A stretch of 64,000 nt of DNA from Lama glama (taxonomy: Eukaryota): assembly GCA_028534125.1 (NCBI GenBank), contig CM052822.1, forward strand, positions 78,058,001-78,122,000, read 5' to 3'. The notes under the pieces were generated by a model. It ran no database searches. It was given only the letters and a program-made list of their open reading frames with translations, and was not told the DNA's origin. Below, piece after piece: positions 61,001 through 64,000 of the stretch (position 1 is its first letter; every line of letters begins with the position of its first letter). A program made the translations under genes and the position numbers.

Positions 61001-64000
61001 ACCCGCCGTCCCTGGATTCCGCCGAAGGAGACAGGCCGCCAACGGCTTGAGAAAAACCCCTTTGTACCTTTCAAGGAACAACAGGAACAAAGCGGGCCCG
61101 CCGGAGAGCACACACAAAGGCAGCCGGGGTTTAGGGTTATTTGGGGACGTAATTAGTGGCAACAGGGCCAGACGAAGGAGGGGTGCACAAAGCCTGGGAG
61201 AAAGAGAAATGGGTTCATTAGGGTGTGCGGGGGCGGGGGCAATCACTCCGTGGACAGGACAAACCCCCGAGAACGCGCTGCAAGGGGGGGCTCCCTGGGG
61301 CGGGGCCCGAGCCCAGCAGGGTGAAAACAGGGGGGCAGAGGCACCCCAACCCCACAGAGGAGGAGGAGGCCGCCCGCCTCGTCACGAGCAGGCGGCCACA
61401 GGGCCTGGGGGCACAGGGAGGCCCCCACAGAAGCTTGGACGTAGAGCCCACACCCTGAGAGAGCAGGGCCCCTGCGACGCCACGTGGAAGGGCTCCGCTC
61501 GGGGAGGGGTGCAGGCTTCCCCTTATTTTTTACTTATATTTTCTAAGTGGAGCAGGCGTGAACGGTTGTAATAAAAAACAATACCAGGCAGGTTTACACT
61601 TGGTATGATTAAACGGGAGTGAAAGGCCTGGGAAGGCAGAGGCCAGCACTGCCTCGTCAAGAAAAAGCACAGAAGGGCCAGCAGAGCGGCGTCTGAGCGG
61701 CCGGCCGGCCGGCCTCGAGTGGCTGCGACCTGGAAGGAGCTGCCCCTCCCGGGCCGGCTGGGCTGCTCTGAGCCCACAAGCGGTGACTCACGGCTTGGTT
61801 TACGGGAGCTATTTCAGGGAGATGTTCTCACCGTAAATGGCTCGTCTGATTAGTGCTGCTCTGGGAAGTGGAAACGGGCGTGGGCTGTGTGCGCTGGGTG
61901 GGCGCTCCCGGCTCCGGGGGCCCGTGCCGCCTCGGGGGAGGCTGAGGGGCACAGGGCCACGGCCATCGCTGAGGGAGAAGCAGAGGAACCTGCCTCCTCC
62001 TCCCGGGAGGGCAGAGCCAGAGCTAAGCCCTAGGTGACCGGCCCTCACCCAGGCCAGCCCGGCACCTGTCCCCGGGGCGGAGCCTCGGTCCTCAGCCCCG
62101 CCTCCCTTTCACTGACTCGTGAAGCGAAGTCAGCAACGCTCGCCCGGACAGTCTCACCACCCCCGCCCGGCTGCTCAGCGATGCTCAGACGGCCTTTACG
62201 TCTCCAGGGCGGGACGGCACACTCACGTGCGCACACACGTGCACACCCCCCACGGGGAGAAGCACCTCTGCAGACGGAATCCTAAGGTGGGTCCCAGAGC
62301 TTTAACTAGGGACGCGGCGCCCCCCAGCCCCCGACACCCCAACAACAGCTTCGGCTGCAAACCCATGCTCTTCTGGTCGGATGCAGCTGCGTTATTTTAA
62401 TAACCCAGGTCCCACAACGTCAGTAAAGTCCCCGAGACGCTCCACCACCAGCAGTGTTTACTGAGCAGCATGGAGTGATCGTTCCCATTCTGCAAATGTT
62501 TTCTCAAAATAACAGTTAAAGATACAGACACATTTTAACTAAGAAGTGAAAATGATTTTCAAGTCTCTTCGAAGTCTGGAACCGACTGCAGTCAGAGCAA
62601 ACAGAGCGCCCCCCCCAGCCCCACGCCCCGTCCGCGCCCTCCCTGCCGCCCTGCCCGTGCCCCCAAGCCAGGCTCCCCCAGCCGGTCCTGTCCTGGTCTC
62701 TGGCCGTCTTCATGTTAGCGACCTCTTGCCTCCCAAGCTCGAAGACAGAAGTCCCTTTCCAGCTCCCTCATGCCCAGCACAGATCCACGGAGGCTTCAGT
62801 AGGTGCCAGCTGGCTGGTGGGCATCACTGCCTGCAGCAGCCCCTGGGGGACCGAGGGCCCCGGGCAGCAGCCGAGGTGACGCAGGAGGTGCGGCGGGGGG
62901 AGCTGGAGTCAGGTCCTGCTGCCGGAGGCGCAGACGAGGCAGCGCTGTGACATCCTTTGGGAGCCCCGTGGACGGCTCGGAGGGGCCATCATTCTCCATG
63001 GTTGTGAAGTGCAGGAGAGCCCTCGGCCTCACAGACTCTGCGGCTGGCACGCTGCCCGAAGTGGGGCTCAGAGGGCACGTTACTGAGCGCGCTCCGCCTC
63101 CTCCAGGACGCAGCTCACGCCCCCGCTGGGGCGCAGGCCGGCCCCTCATCCAAAGCCTGTCAGTCCTTGCAGACCAGACACACACTCCTCTTCCTCACGT
63201 GCTCTGCTCCTGATAAGTCCCGGGGCAAATCAGGACAGAGTTGTGAAAATGGAAGCGCAGGGAGGAACCACACAGCTCAACAGGCATCTTCTTTCTCCCC
63301 CGACTGTCGCTGACGTGGCTTCTGTAACGACCTTTAACGCTTCAGCTGAAAGCTGGAACTGGAGACGTGGGAGGGGGCGTGTCTGACCCGTAGCCGTGGC
63401 AACACTCCAGCCGACCCAGGAGGTCTCAGTCCCACTGCCAAGCCCCGCTCCCCAAGCCGGGCCACCAGCGATGGGCAAATAACGCAGTAGGCACAACCGG
63501 AAGCTTCCTGGACTCCTGCAGCTGACGACTCCCCGACCTTGACGTTCCAAGGGTTCCCCAAGTCAGACGTCCTGGCTCAACTCGGGCGAAGGAGGTCTGC
63601 GCGGCCCCACCTGTGTGCCCGGGCCGTCCAGGCTGGCACGCAGGCGGCTGGAAGCGGCCACGCCAGGCGGAGACAGATGCCCACCTCCTCAGAGCAGCCT
63701 GGGCCAGACATGGGCTGAGTTCTACCGGAAGCCCTGGTCGCCTTCCTAACCCTCGTCTTGCTCAAGAGATGAGGAGCCCTCACCACCCGTCCTCACTGCC
63801 ACCGTCACTGTGTCCTCATCCACCACCCTCAGCACCCACGGAGCGCCTCCTCTGGGCCGGGTGCCGCCCCGCACGCTGGCAGTCTCGGCTGACGGGTTCA
63901 CGGGGGCTCTAAAGCACCCCCCACCTCCAGCTCTTCCCACACCGATACCTCAGTTCAACGTGTTGACGAGGTTTCACGGAGCATGGGGAGGGCCCCCCTG

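Larger units (their letters stand above)
1..64000 (-). other. PTPRN2: PTPRN2 gene body, internal portion; neither gene end nor the flanking exons are in the window
   Basis: Four minus-strand exons in the correct order splice in frame to ELCRQRM...[16 protein letters not shown]...[15 protein letters not shown]...DYINASPI/MDHDP...[16 protein letters not shown], which is recognisably IA-2beta/phogrin. Introns between them are 27594, 13418 and 5954 nt. Confidence 0.97.

Noticed and set aside
53872-64000. Transmembrane-encoding upstream exon of PTPRN2
   Set aside because: No matching hydrophobic coding segment with splice sites was seen; it presumably lies beyond 64000.
1-64000. CRISPR arrays, operons or prokaryotic defence systems
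   Set aside because: The sequence is mammalian intron/exon DNA; no repeat-spacer array or compact gene cluster is present.

Overview
This is mammalian genomic DNA, very GC- and CpG-rich, and most likely from a camelid given four tRNA-Ala-derived Vic-1-like SINEs. The whole window lies inside PTPRN2 (IA-2beta/phogrin), transcribed on the minus strand. Four consecutive coding exons (195, 148, 74 and 78 nt; probably human exons 14-17) splice GT-AG in frame into 165 aa. They encode the Ser-rich juxtamembrane segment and the N-terminal part of the PTP-like domain. The rest is intron containing SINEs, L1, L2, MIR and MLT1 relics, short tandem repeats and a 140-N assembly gap. The many short six-frame ORFs are GC artefacts, and I see no new multi-gene system. 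The best leads are: (1) an in-frame, stop-free candidate cassette exon (108 nt, or a 30-nt microexon) 277 nt upstream of the 148-nt exon; (2) strong AT-to-GC drift in repeats and codons, consistent with GC-biased gene conversion; (3) neuroendocrine regulatory motifs, namely an expanded-spacer RE1/REST site and several RFX X-boxes; (4) inverted SINEs flanking a 222-nt stop-free exon pair, a circRNA candidate. Comparisons with human protein and repeat consensus sequences are from memory and need to be checked by alignment.
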